This document shows, one piece after another, positions 35,817 through 44,288 of a stretch of DNA of 44,429 bases (positions are counted from its first letter, which is position 1; each line of letters opens with the position of its first letter). Origin of the DNA: a virus (lineage: Duplodnaviria > Caudoviricetes); the IMG/VR virus record IMGVR_UViG_3300049027_000045, positions 1-44,429 of that record; one strand, written 5' to 3'. Under the pieces are notes generated by a model. That model was not told where the DNA came from, did not search any database, and saw only the letters and a program-made list of their open reading frames with translations. The translations under genes were made by a program, and so were the position numbers.

Positions 35817-37396
35817 TGGCCGGCCGCCAGCGCGTCGCGCGCTACCAGCAAAACGGGTTTGTCACCGTCGACCCGGACGCCACCCGCGGCGCCACGATCG
35901 GCGAGTCGCTGTTCGACACCGATGGCAGCGTGGTGAGCTGGTCGACGATCCTGGCCAGGGTCGGCGCGGTCGCCCCGGATGACGGCGGCGCGCCGGCGAC
36001 GGAGGTGTATTGGCGGGTGATCCGCGAGGTTCCGGCCAACGTCGTGGCGCTGGCCAACACCAGCACGACCGGCCTGTACGTCGTCACCGACGCCAACGGC
36101 GGCAGCACCACGCGCGAGATCGAGGTCGCGGCCGGCGAGCTCACCGTGGCCAACGGCGACGGCGTCGCCGACAACCCCACGCTCGGCCTGGCCGACGTCA
36201 CCGACAGCGGCGCCGGCGAGATCCTCGGCCTCGAGCGCGACGACAAGGGGCGCGTGAGCGGTACGCGCGCGGTCACCACCGACGACCTCACCGAGGGCGT
36301 GGCCAACCTGTGGTTCACCGGCGAGCGCGCGCAGGACGCGGTCGGCACGATCCTGGCCGACACCGTCACCATCGAGTTCACCTACGACGACGCCGGCAAC
36401 CTCATCACCGCCGACCTGTCCGGCCTGGTGCTGGCCAGCCTCGCCGCCGCCGACAGTGCGCTGCAACCCGGCGACAACGTGAGCGAGCTGGCCAACGATG
36501 CCGGTTACCTCGAGGACGCGCCCAGCGACGGCAAGATCTACGGCCGCAAGGATGGCGCGTGGGAGGAGGTCGCCAGCGCGCCGAGCGGCACCTGGGAGCT
36601 GGCCGACCTCACCAACCCGCCGGAGGTGTGGTTCGATGCCGACGTCGACGCGGCGCTGGTGACCACCGCCAATGCCGGCAGCAACGTCGTCACGGCGATG
36701 GTGTCGCAGTTCAATGCCGGCACCTACTCCGGCACGCCGGGCGGCACGGGCCTCATCTGGCAGCGCGTCAATCCGAAGTTCAGCGGCCGCGGTTCGGTGT
36801 ATTTCCCGGGCACCACCAACAACCGCCTCACCGTCACCGGCGGCACCGCGCTCGGCCAGAACGTCGCCGGCCTCACCCTCATCATCCTGTGCGCATTCCG
36901 CAACGACAGCGTGACCTTGGCCAACGCTGGCGCCGGGATTATCTACGTCGGCACGCCCACGCCGGACAGCTCGCGCGCGGCGCTGCTCAAGTCCTCGAGC
37001 GTCAACAACATGGCGCGCGCCACCGGGCGCAAGGCCGACGCCGATGCCGCGGACGGCAACGATTTCGGCGGCAACGCCGGCACGATGCCGGTGCTGTACA
37101 TCGTCGAGTTCGACTATGCTGGCGCGGCCAAGCGGGCGTGGGAAAACGGCGAGCAAACGCTCAACGACACCGCGTTCCAAACGCCAGGCACCAGCGCCAA
37201 CACGGCCAGCGACCTGGTTTGTTTCGGCTCGGCGAGCACGGGGTTTTGGGGGGAGTTCGAGATGCAGTGCGGCGGGATTGCGCAGCGCGTGTATGCGACC
37301 GGCGATCGGCAAAAGATCGAGGGCCGGATCATGCACGACAACGGCATTGCGCACCTGCTGCCGGTGGGGCACCCGTACCGGGACGCGCCACCGTGA
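35816..37396 (+). CDS. Tail fibre or receptor-binding protein (526 aa)
   Basis: TTDDLTEG..NLWFT repeat; foldon-like GYLEDAPSDGKIYGRKDGAW; C-terminal LamG-like WFDAD...IEG...LP.GHPY. Confidence 0.8.
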   Translation: MAGRQRVARYQQNGFVTVDPDATRGATIGESLFDTDGSVVSWSTILARVGAVAPDDGGAPATEVYWRVIREVPANVVALANTSTTGLYVVTDANGGSTTREIEVAAGELTVANGDGVADNPTLGLADVTDSGAGEILGLERDDKGRVSGTRAVTTDDLTEGVANLWFTGERAQDAVGTILADTVTIEFTYDDAGNLITADLSGLVLASLAAADSALQPGDNVSELANDAGYLEDAPSDGKIYGRKDGAWEEVASAPSGTWELADLTNPPEVWFDADVDAALVTTANAGSNVVTAMVSQFNAGTYSGTPGGTGLIWQRVNPKFSGRGSVYFPGTTNNRLTVTGGTALGQNVAGLTLIILCAFRNDSVTLANAGAGIIYVGTPTPDSSRAALLKSSSVNNMARATGRKADADAADGNDFGGNAGTMPVLYIVEFDYAGAAKRAWENGEQTLNDTAFQTPGTSANTASDLVCFGSASTGFWGEFEMQCGGIAQRVYATGDRQKIEGRIMHDNGIAHLLPVGHPYRDAPP

Positions 37397-37456
37397 CGTC
37401 ACCGGGAGGATGTCAGCATGGATCGCTACAGGGGGCCGCACCCAAGGCCAAGGACT

Positions 37457-37972
37457 ATGACCACCAGGATCGAGCAACGAATCATGGCAGAAGCCGCTGA
37501 GGTAACCGAATCCCCCGCAGGCGTCGCGCTGCACCTTGTCCGGGTCGAGGGCAAGATGGAGACGATGCGGGTGACCAACGAGAACCTCGCCGCCGCGGTC
37601 AGTGGATTGGCCAACGAGGTGCGCCTGCTCAATACCGCCGCCAACCGGGCCGAGGCCACCGACGCCTCGGTCAAACGCCTGTGGACCGAGATCGCCGCGC
37701 GCGATGAAAAGTGGGACAAGCGCCTCGCCTCGATGGACAGCGCGCACGGCAGCACCCGCGACGCGGTCAACCGGATCCAGTGGATGATCGCCGGCGCCGG
37801 CCTGCTCGGTGCGATCGTCGTGAGCTTGATGACCTGGGTGGGCAACCGCGAGCTCACCAAGGCCGACCAAAACGCCACCGAGCTGCGCGGCACCAGCCAG
37901 CGCCTCGACGAGCGCCTGGACCGTATCGAGATCCACCTGGCCGGCGACAAAGACCGGCCTTACCGGAGGTGA
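37457..37972 (+). CDS. Single-TM coiled-coil protein, lysis-associated (171 aa)
   Basis: AAGGA RBS; TM WMIAGAGLLGAIVVSLMTWV; immediately before the endolysin. Confidence 0.7.
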   Translation: MTTRIEQRIMAEAAEVTESPAGVALHLVRVEGKMETMRVTNENLAAAVSGLANEVRLLNTAANRAEATDASVKRLWTEIAARDEKWDKRLASMDSAHGSTRDAVNRIQWMIAGAGLLGAIVVSLMTWVGNRELTKADQNATELRGTSQRLDERLDRIEIHLAGDKDRPYRR

Positions 37973-37974
37973 GC

Positions 37975-38493
37975 GTGGACCGCTTCAACGAGTTCATCGA
38001 CCGCGTGCTCGAGGATGAGGGTGGGTTCACCAACAACCCCAAGGATCCGGGCAACTGGACCGGCGGCCGCGTCGGCAACGGCAAGCTGCTCGGCACCAAG
38101 TTCGGCATTGCCGCCAACACCTACCCCAACGTCGACATCCCCAACCTCACTCGCGAGCAGGCGAAGGCGATCTACCGCCGCGATTGGTGGGACAAGCTGC
38201 GCCTCGACCGCATGCCGCCGATGGTCGCGGCGATGCTGCTGAGCGTGGCGATCAACACCGGCATCGGCCGCGCCTCGCGCTGGCTACAGGCCGCGGTCGG
38301 CGCCAAGGTCGACGGCCAGGTGGGACCGGCCACGATCGGCGCGGTGCAGGCGACGGACCCCAACGACATCGGGTTCCTGTTCCTGGCCGAGTACCTGGAT
38401 TTCCTCAACGACCTGACCACCTGGCAAACGTTCGGCCGCGGCTGGGCGCAGCGTGTGGTCGGCCTGCTGCGCGACGCCGCCAAGGACAACTGA
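37975..38493 (+). CDS. Endolysin, glycoside hydrolase family 108 with PG-binding domain
   Basis: EGGFTNNPKDPG...TKFGI; A..IY...WW; VDGQVGPAT; FGRGW..RV; GGAGGT RBS with GTG start. Confidence 0.93.
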   Translation: MDRFNEFIDRVLEDEGGFTNNPKDPGNWTGGRVGNGKLLGTKFGIAANTYPNVDIPNLTREQAKAIYRRDWWDKLRLDRMPPMVAAMLLSVAINTGIGRASRWLQAAVGAKVDGQVGPATIGAVQATDPNDIGFLFLAEYLDFLNDLTTWQTFGRGWAQRVVGLLRDAAKDN

Positions 38494-38495
38494 CC

Positions 38496-38831
38496 ATGCG
38501 CCTGCCCGAGATCCTCGAGACGATGGCCGCGTTCCTAGTGGTCGCGTTCGTGCTGCTGTTCGCGTGGGTGACGATCGCGCCCTACTTCATCATCGTGCCG
38601 ATCGAGTCGCAGCAGCTCATCGTGCAGCAGATCACCACGATTCAGAACGTGATGCTGGCGGTGGTGGCGTTCTTTTTCGGCCAGTCGAGCGGCAACCTGA
38701 AAAAGGACGCGACCATTTCCAACCTGGTCAAAAACCCGCCGCCGCCGGCGCCGGCGCCGCTCGAGATCAAGCCGGGCGACAGCGTCAAGATCACCACCGC
38801 CACCGAGATCACCGGAGAACCGCCGCAATGA
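38496..38831 (+). CDS. Putative holin (111 aa)
   Basis: Hydrophobic segments ending in VVAFFFGQSSG; lies between endolysin and spanins. Confidence 0.7.
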   Translation: MRLPEILETMAAFLVVAFVLLFAWVTIAPYFIIVPIESQQLIVQQITTIQNVMLAVVAFFFGQSSGNLKKDATISNLVKNPPPPAPAPLEIKPGDSVKITTATEITGEPPQ

Positions 38832-39253
38832 ACCCAGGTGTGACCCTTGCGCTCAAGCTGCTCGGCCTGGTGCTCGCCGGGTTCCTGGTGGTGGTGGGCC
38901 TCAACAAGCTGTGGCATTGGCCATACGACCGCGGCGTGGCCGACGAGCGCGCCCGCATCGAGGCCGAGCAGCGCCGGCTCGACAACGCCGCGCGCCGCGA
39001 CGAGCAGGCCAGCACGGTGGCCAGCGAGGCCACCGCCGACACGTTCCGCCAGGACGGTGCCGCCGCGGCCGCCCAGGTGGCCACCGACACCAAGAGCTCA
39101 ATCGAGAGAATCGAGTATGTCTACGTCACCACGCCCGCCGCGGCGAGTTCGTGCAGCGCTGACGGCCGTCCTGCCCCTATTCCTGCTGGCGTGCTCAGCG
39201 AGCTCGACGAAGCCGTCAAAGCCATCGGTCGACCCGCTCCCGCCTCGGGTTGA
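38828..39253 (+). CDS. i-spanin (Rz-like, 141 aa)
   Basis: N-terminal TM, Ala-rich coiled coil and a C-terminal-region Cys. Confidence 0.8.
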   Translation: MNPGVTLALKLLGLVLAGFLVVVGLNKLWHWPYDRGVADERARIEAEQRRLDNAARRDEQASTVASEATADTFRQDGAAAAAQVATDTKSSIERIEYVYVTTPAAASSCSADGRPAPIPAGVLSELDEAVKAIGRPAPASG

Positions 39254-39425
39254 TTGCGAGCAGCCCAAGGCCGCCGAGCCGGGCCTGGTGCCGCGCACCA
39301 ACGATCAGGTGCAATGGACGACCTGGGCGCGCAGCGTGCTCGGCCTGTGGAAGCAGGACCGCACCTACCGCGACACCGAACAGGCGTGCATCGCCGACTT
39401 GAAACGAAAGGGTGTGATCCGGTAG
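39117..39425 (+). CDS. o-spanin (Rz1-like lipoprotein, 102 aa), overlapping the i-spanin
   Basis: Signal peptide with LLAC lipobox; Pro-rich; +1 frame. Confidence 0.85.
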   Translation: MSTSPRPPRRVRAALTAVLPLFLLACSASSTKPSKPSVDPLPPRVDCEQPKAAEPGLVPRTNDQVQWTTWARSVLGLWKQDRTYRDTEQACIADLKRKGVIR

Positions 39426-39500
39426 CGTTGCCCGCCTGCGCGGTCGGTGGATGATGACCGAACCGACAGCCTCATCACCTGGCGGGCCGCCGCGTTCCGA

Positions 39501-39538
39501 AAAGAGAAAGGCCCCGGGCTCAACACCCGGGGCCTTTC
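39501..39538. terminator. Bidirectional intrinsic terminator
   Basis: 13-bp stem gaaaggccccggg/cccggggcctttc with 7-nt loop, between convergent operons. Confidence 0.85.
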
Positions 39539-39563
39539 AGTGTCCGCCGGTAGCGAGTCGGCG

Positions 39564-39839
39564 TTACTTCGCGTCGCGCTGCTCGCGCGGATCCTTCACC
39601 TTGGTGAAAGGGTATTTGGTCGGGTTCGGCTTGATGAAGCGGCCGAAGTGGCTGCCGATCGACTCGGCGCTGGCCAGCGCGTTGAACGTCTCGGTGTCGA
39701 CGTTGCTGTAGTGGTAGGTCGAGCCGGGTTTGCCGCCCCAGCCCTTGAATTCCACGGCCAGCGTCTTGCTGGCGGCGTCGTGGCCGAGCGCTGCAATCTG
39801 GCTCGACTGCACCGGGGTCATCGTGATCGACTTGCTCAT
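39564..39839 (-). CDS. KTSC-domain protein
   Basis: VQSSQIAALGHD....TLAVEF...STYHY.NV....FNAL..AESIGSHF...IK. Confidence 0.9.
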   Translation of the reverse strand: MSKSITMTPVQSSQIAALGHDAASKTLAVEFKGWGGKPGSTYHYSNVDTETFNALASAESIGSHFGRFIKPNPTKYPFTKVKDPREQRDAK

Positions 39840-40182
39840 GGTCTGCTCCGTTGGATGAGAGAAAGTGCAGGGTCACAAGCAGCGGAATCGTCTCGACCTT
39901 GTCGCCGAGCCACCCGGCCCGAGGACGCCGTCGCGTCGCCGCTATCGCTGCCACGTCGCGATCCTGCCACCGCGCCGCGCATACTCGCGTGTATGACCGC
40001 CTGCCCCTGCTGCCGGCCCATGCGTCGATGGCTTCAACGGGCTGGAATTCCGGCATTGCCCGGCCGTCTCGGTGGCCAGCCGCACTACCCCGCAAAGGTG
40101 TCGCACCGCTTCCGTGTCGCCGGGAGGACCCCGCTGTTTATCGTGCGGGAGACGATCGGGCGCAGCGGTGCGACGTGAGCGG
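39840..40182 (-). ncRNA. About 340-nt non-coding, probably structured segment
   Basis: No codon-biased ORF; 11-bp inverted repeat 40100-40110/40164-40174; further short stems. Confidence 0.35.
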
Positions 40183-40449
40183 TTATTCGATCTCGAGCGA
40201 GCCCTGGCCGTCGTCGACGGTGTCCTTGGGCTCGAACGGGCCGACCGGGCGGACGCCCTGGCGGCCGAGCTCGATGAGTTCGTCGTCGGTCGCGCGGCGC
40301 GTCTCGACCTTCCCCTCGAGCGCGAACGCCTCGGCCTGGCGCGTGCTGTGGTGGCGCACGTAGGCGAGCGGCTTGCCGTCGACGAGGGTGACGTAGGTGC
40401 TGAGCTTGGCCTGGCGCTCGGTGCGCGCCGGCGTGGTGGGTTCGGTCAT
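40183..40449 (-). CDS. Hypothetical protein (88 aa)
   Basis: GAGG RBS; own promoter; ends QGSLEIE. Confidence 0.75.
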   Translation of the reverse strand: MTEPTTPARTERQAKLSTYVTLVDGKPLAYVRHHSTRQAEAFALEGKVETRRATDDELIELGRQGVRPVGPFEPKDTVDDGQGSLEIE

Positions 40450-40486
40450 GGTGGTGGCCTCGAGGTGGAAAGGGGACTGCGGCCGC

Positions 40487-40515
40487 AGTGTACAAAGCGC
40501 GGCCAGTGTACGCAA
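40487..40515 (-). promoter_or_regulatory. Sigma70-like promoter TTGCGT-N17-TACACT
   Basis: Exact spacing; a second GTACACTG overlaps the -35 and spacer. Confidence 0.7.
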
Positions 40516-40520
40516 CAACT

Positions 40521-40898
40521 TCACAGCAGCGCCGCCGTCGCGCCGGGCAGCGTTTCGATCCATTCGCCGGGCCGCGTGTAAATGAGGCGGTCGGCCTTGA
40601 TGCAGTTCAAGCGCGCCGGGATCACCTGCAAATTGTCGTAGCGGTGCAGGCCGCCGCGCTCGAGCGGGATCATGTGATCGACGGCCCAGCGATAGCCCGT
40701 CATCGCCTGGCGGCGGTGGCACGCGTCGACCGCCTCGGCCAGGACGAAACGGTCGAATTCGCCGAAGTCGACCGCCGCGCCCTTGGCCAGCTGGCGCTTG
40801 CGCCGCGCCCAGCCCGACGACAGGTTGTGCGTCGGGCGGGCGCCGTCGAGCGCGAAGGCGAACAGGTCGCCGGCGGCTTTCCTAGAACGGGATGTCAT
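40521..40898 (-). CDS. HNH endonuclease-like protein (about 125 aa)
   Basis: VDHMIPL..GGLH..DNLQVIP...N..K; start uncertain. Confidence 0.8.
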   Translation of the reverse strand: MTSRSRKAAGDLFAFALDGARPTHNLSSGWARRKRQLAKGAAVDFGEFDRFVLAEAVDACHRRQAMTGYRWAVDHMIPLERGGLHRYDNLQVIPARLNCIKADRLIYTRPGEWIETLPGATAALL

Positions 40899-41352
40899 CG
40901 TCGGCGAAGTCATCGTTAAAGCTGCTCGAGCGCGCCGGCGGCGCCTCGCGCCGCGGTGCCGATTCGCCGTGCGACGGCGGGCGACCGGGGCGACGGCCGG
41001 AATCCTCGCCGCGGTCGCCGCGGCCGCCGAGCATCTGCATTTCGTCGGCGATGATGTCGGTGCTGTAGCGTTCGACCCCGTCCTGGCCGGTGTATTTGTC
41101 GTACCGGATCGACCCCTCGACGTACACCTGCGAGCCCTTGCGCAGGTACTCGCCGGCGATCTCGCCGAGCTTTCCGAAGAACGTGACGCGGTGCCATTCG
41201 GTTCGTTCGTGGGTGTTGCCGTCGCGGTCCTTGCGCACCGAGGTGGTGGCCAGGCGCACCTTGGTCACGGCCATGCCACCCTGGGTGAATTTCGTCTCGG
41301 GGTCATCGCCGAGATTGCCGACCAGGATGACCTTGTTGATGCCACGGGCCAT
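40882..41352 (-). CDS. ssb: Single-stranded DNA-binding protein
   Basis: MARGINKVILVGNLG...TEWHRV...YLRKGSQVYVEG; DDDIPF tail. Confidence 0.97.
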   Translation of the reverse strand: MARGINKVILVGNLGDDPETKFTQGGMAVTKVRLATTSVRKDRDGNTHERTEWHRVTFFGKLGEIAGEYLRKGSQVYVEGSIRYDKYTGQDGVERYSTDIIADEMQMLGGRGDRGEDSGRRPGRPPSHGESAPRREAPPARSSSFNDDFADDDIPF

Positions 41353-42110
41353 TAGATTTTCCTCGCGCTGAGTCCGACGTCATTGTGCACGGCCACGCCG
41401 GCGATGCTGGTGCGATCCTTCATCGCCTTCACCACGCCGTTGATCGCGGTGGTGTTGGCCTCGAGGTAGGCCAGGTAACTGTCATCGCCGGCGGCCAGGC
41501 GCTTGGCGGCCTCGGTCACCAGCGCGGCCAGGTCGATCGACCTCACTTTCCAGTTCGCGCGGGTGTTGACGCCGGTGAGCTTGGCGGCGCGCTCCACGTG
41601 CGTGGTCGGCGCGAATTCGAGATCCTCGGCGGCGGTCTGTGCGGCGACCGCGGCCTCGGTGTCGCCGGCGGCCTCGGCGGCCGCCTGCTGCGCGCGCAGG
41701 TCCTCGAGGCGCTGCCGTTCGGCGGCCTCGGCCTCGGCCCGCTCGCGCTGCACACGCTCGGCCTCGCGCGCCATGAACGCGCGGATGCCCTTGTCGAGCA
41801 CGCCGGCGGCGAGCTCGAGGCGCTCGAGGTACGGACGGAACGCGGCCATCGTCGCGTCTTTCGCCTGGTCGAGCGGGCGCGTGATCGAGAGCCGGGTTTC
41901 GTTGACCTCGGCGATCTTGGTTTTGATCTTGCGCAGGTCCTGCGCGGCCATCTCGGCGGTGGCGGCGTCTTGAATGTCGTAGGCGCCGGCCAGCTCGGTC
42001 ATGGCCAGGGCGAGCTTGTCGGCGCTGGCCAGCTGCTGGGCCGGGTCGACGGTGATGACGGTGCGCTCGAGGGTGCCGGCGAGCGGCTTGGCGGTCTTGG
42101 CAGTGGTCAC
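41352..42110 (-). CDS. Coiled-coil protein of the recombination module (252 aa)
   Basis: GTGA coupling to the exonuclease; Ala/Glu-rich helix; IAGV C-terminal motif. Confidence 0.7.
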   Translation of the reverse strand: MTTAKTAKPLAGTLERTVITVDPAQQLASADKLALAMTELAGAYDIQDAATAEMAAQDLRKIKTKIAEVNETRLSITRPLDQAKDATMAAFRPYLERLELAAGVLDKGIRAFMAREAERVQRERAEAEAAERQRLEDLRAQQAAAEAAGDTEAAVAAQTAAEDLEFAPTTHVERAAKLTGVNTRANWKVRSIDLAALVTEAAKRLAAGDDSYLAYLEANTTAINGVVKAMKDRTSIAGVAVHNDVGLSARKI

Positions 42111-42727
42111 TTTTGCAATCTCCAATGGGCCACGTTGGTGGCGGAAAGAAAAACCTTGCGGTCGCCCGGGTCCTTGAATTCGTGCAGGTAGGCCTTGCGG
42201 CCCGGGCGCATTTGCAGCGCGAACCGGCGGATGGTGCCGTCCTCGGGCACGTCCATCATTTCGCACAGCGCGGTTTTGTAGCCGGCGGTTTGCAGGCCGG
42301 TGGTGCGCTGCACCGTGGCCACGCGCTTGGTGTCGATGACGCCGAACGTGCGATTGGGAAACTGGCCGAACAGGTCGAGGCGGCCGCAGTAGCGGAAGCG
42401 CAGCGAGTAGACCAGCTGCTCGCTGGCCAGCACGGTGAACCCGGTGGTGTCGAGGAATTCGCGCCACGCGTCGACGTAGGGCAGCAGGTCGACCGGCGTG
42501 GCCAGCAGGTCGAGCACGCCCAGGCAGTCCTGGTGCACCAGCTCATGCACCGCCTGCCCCTCGGCCGCCGCGGCGGCGAGGACCTCGGGGTCGACCTTGT
42601 CGAAGGCATCAAACGACGCGCAGCGCAGCGCGTCGCTGACGGCGGGCACGCGCACGCCGTCGAGAAAGTAGTGGTGCTCGGCGTCGAGGTAGGTGACGCG
42701 GCTGGTGTCGAGGGTGAGCGGCTTCAT
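42107..42727 (-). CDS. PD-(D/E)XK (Cas4/RecB-like) exonuclease
   Basis: HHYFLDG.RVP.VS; G..VH; SEQ.V...YCGRLD...IDTK; LQTAGY. Confidence 0.85.
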   Translation of the reverse strand: MKPLTLDTSRVTYLDAEHHYFLDGVRVPAVSDALRCASFDAFDKVDPEVLAAAAAEGQAVHELVHQDCLGVLDLLATPVDLLPYVDAWREFLDTTGFTVLASEQLVYSLRFRYCGRLDLFGQFPNRTFGVIDTKRVATVQRTTGLQTAGYKTALCEMMDVPEDGTIRRFALQMRPGRKAYLHEFKDPGDRKVFLSATNVAHWRLQK

Positions 42728-43443
42728 TAGATCCCCGCCTTTTCCTCGAGGCGGGCGACCACCTCGGCCAGGTTGGCCGGCGTGATCGAGCCGAATTCCG
42801 CGAGCGCGGTGTCCTCATCCATGCCGGCGTGGCGCAGCTTGATGCGCAGCACGTTGAGCTGGCTGCCGGTGACCTGGATGCTCGGTGCGTCGCCGGCGCG
42901 GGCCTTGCCCTTGGGGGCTTTCGCAGCCTTGCCCTTGGCCGGCGCTTTCGTCGTGGTCGGCTGCGGCTTGATCGGCGTGCCGGGCGTGTTCGGCTGGGTC
43001 GGATCGTCGGACGCCTCGGGGTCGGACGCCGGGCCGAGCGGACACACGAAGGTTTGCAGCAGCGCATTGCGCAGCGACACGCTCATCGCCTTGCTGGTCG
43101 CCTTGTCGTAGCTGTCGCCGGCCTCGCCCGGGAACGGGCCGATGGTGTAGCTGCTGCCGTCGACCAGGCTCACCAGCTCGAACGTGCCGTTGACCGTGGC
43201 CATGCGCGAGACGCCGTTCTTGGTGGTGAATTCGACAATGGCGTGGTCGCTGTAGCTCGGCCGCAGCAGGATCTTGTTGCTGGCGAACAGGCTGCTGAAG
43301 GTGTCGAGCACCGCGTCGATGCCGCGGTATTTGTAGTTTTGCTGGGTGTTTTGCGACGTCTTGGAAATGCCCAGCTTGTCGACCTCGACGACGACCGCGG
43401 CGAGCGAGGAATAGATCGCCGGGATGGTGGTTTGCGTGCTCAT
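42727..43443 (-). CDS. ERF-family single-strand annealing protein (238 aa)
   Basis: ISK...N.QQNYKYRGID.V; GEAGDS.DKATSKAMS...ALLQTF; GGAG RBS. Confidence 0.88.
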   Translation of the reverse strand: MSTQTTIPAIYSSLAAVVVEVDKLGISKTSQNTQQNYKYRGIDAVLDTFSSLFASNKILLRPSYSDHAIVEFTTKNGVSRMATVNGTFELVSLVDGSSYTIGPFPGEAGDSYDKATSKAMSVSLRNALLQTFVCPLGPASDPEASDDPTQPNTPGTPIKPQPTTTKAPAKGKAAKAPKGKARAGDAPSIQVTGSQLNVLRIKLRHAGMDEDTALAEFGSITPANLAEVVARLEEKAGI

Positions 43444-43464
43444 CTGTAGCTCCGGTGGTGGGCG

Positions 43465-43493
43465 TTGCGGTGTACAGTGTACAGGCGTACAAT
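43465..43493 (+). promoter_or_regulatory. Rightward promoter TTGCGG-N17-TACAAT
   Basis: Exact 17-nt spacing upstream of the HTH gene. Confidence 0.75.
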
Positions 43494-43504
43494 CGGCCGC
43501 GCAA
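43476..43504 (-). promoter_or_regulatory. Leftward promoter TTGCGC-N17-TACACT, overlapping the rightward one
   Basis: Exact 17-nt spacing upstream of the ERF gene. Confidence 0.7.
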
Positions 43505-43519
43505 CCATCGGAGTACACC

Positions 43520-43750
43520 ATGAACGAAAAGCTCAAGGCCCACCTGGACCACCACGACGGGGGCTGCACGCGCGGCGGCAAAGAGATCGGCCGCCTCGCG
43601 CGGCGCTCGGGTTTCAGCATCGAGATGCTGCGCAGCATGTATTACAACCGCCGCACCACCGAGGACCGCCCGCGCCTGGCCAAGCTGGCCAAGGCGATGC
43701 GCGACAAGCCGGTGCCGGATCCGAACGCGACGATGCCGCTGGGGCGCTGA
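43520..43750 (+). CDS. Cro-like HTH regulator (76 aa)
   Basis: IGRLARRSGFSIEMLRSM helix-turn-helix pattern; first gene after the divergent promoters. Confidence 0.65.
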   Translation: MNEKLKAHLDHHDGGCTRGGKEIGRLARRSGFSIEMLRSMYYNRRTTEDRPRLAKLAKAMRDKPVPDPNATMPLGR

Positions 43751-43751
43751 G

Positions 43752-44288
43752 ATGCCCAAGCGCCAGGCCTCCACGAAAAAGGACCAGCGGCCGGTGTGGC
43801 TGCGGCTCGAGCACCTGGCCAGGCCGGACACCGGCGAGTCGGTGCTCGGGTTCGTGGCCGACTCGCGGTTCGACGCCGAGGAGCTGCGCGAGCGCGGCTA
43901 CCGACAGGGCGACCTGGTCACCGCCGAGCTGTTCAAGGACCGCAACCCGCGGTTCTACCGGCTCGCCCATATGATGGCCAAGTTCACCCGCGACAACACC
44001 GAGGAATTCGCCCACCTCACCGTGCACGCCACGCTCAAGCTGTTGCAGCTGCGCGCCGACGTGGAGTGTGAAACCACCGAGGTGGTGATGGACTTGGGCG
44101 GGTTCGGCGAGCACGTCGCGGTCGCGCGCGTGCCGCGCAGCCTCAATTTCAAGGATATGGACGACGGCGCGTTCCGGCCGGTGTTCGAGGGGATCCGCGA
44201 CTACGTTGCGCGCACCCACTATCCCGAATGGACCGATCTCGAGATCGACGAGATGGAGGATCTACTGCGCGGAAACCAGCCGGCATGA
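43752..44288 (+). CDS. DUF1367-like phage protein (178 aa)
   Basis: RNPRFYRLAH...PRSLNF.DMD...F motifs. Confidence 0.65.
   Translation: MPKRQASTKKDQRPVWLRLEHLARPDTGESVLGFVADSRFDAEELRERGYRQGDLVTAELFKDRNPRFYRLAHMMAKFTRDNTEEFAHLTVHATLKLLQLRADVECETTEVVMDLGGFGEHVAVARVPRSLNFKDMDDGAFRPVFEGIRDYVARTHYPEWTDLEIDEMEDLLRGNQPA

Noticed and set aside
35657-37936. 759-aa minus-strand ORF, and similar long antisense ORFs (22914-24722, 5142-6539, 32874-34748)
   Set aside because: Shadows of recognisable plus-strand genes in high-GC DNA
39836-40021. 61-aa ORF coupled to the KTSC start
   Set aside because: No RBS, poor codon bias and low-information sequence
42107-42727. Cas4-like gene as a sign of CRISPR
   Set aside because: No repeat-spacer array or other cas genes; its context is the ERF-SSB recombination module
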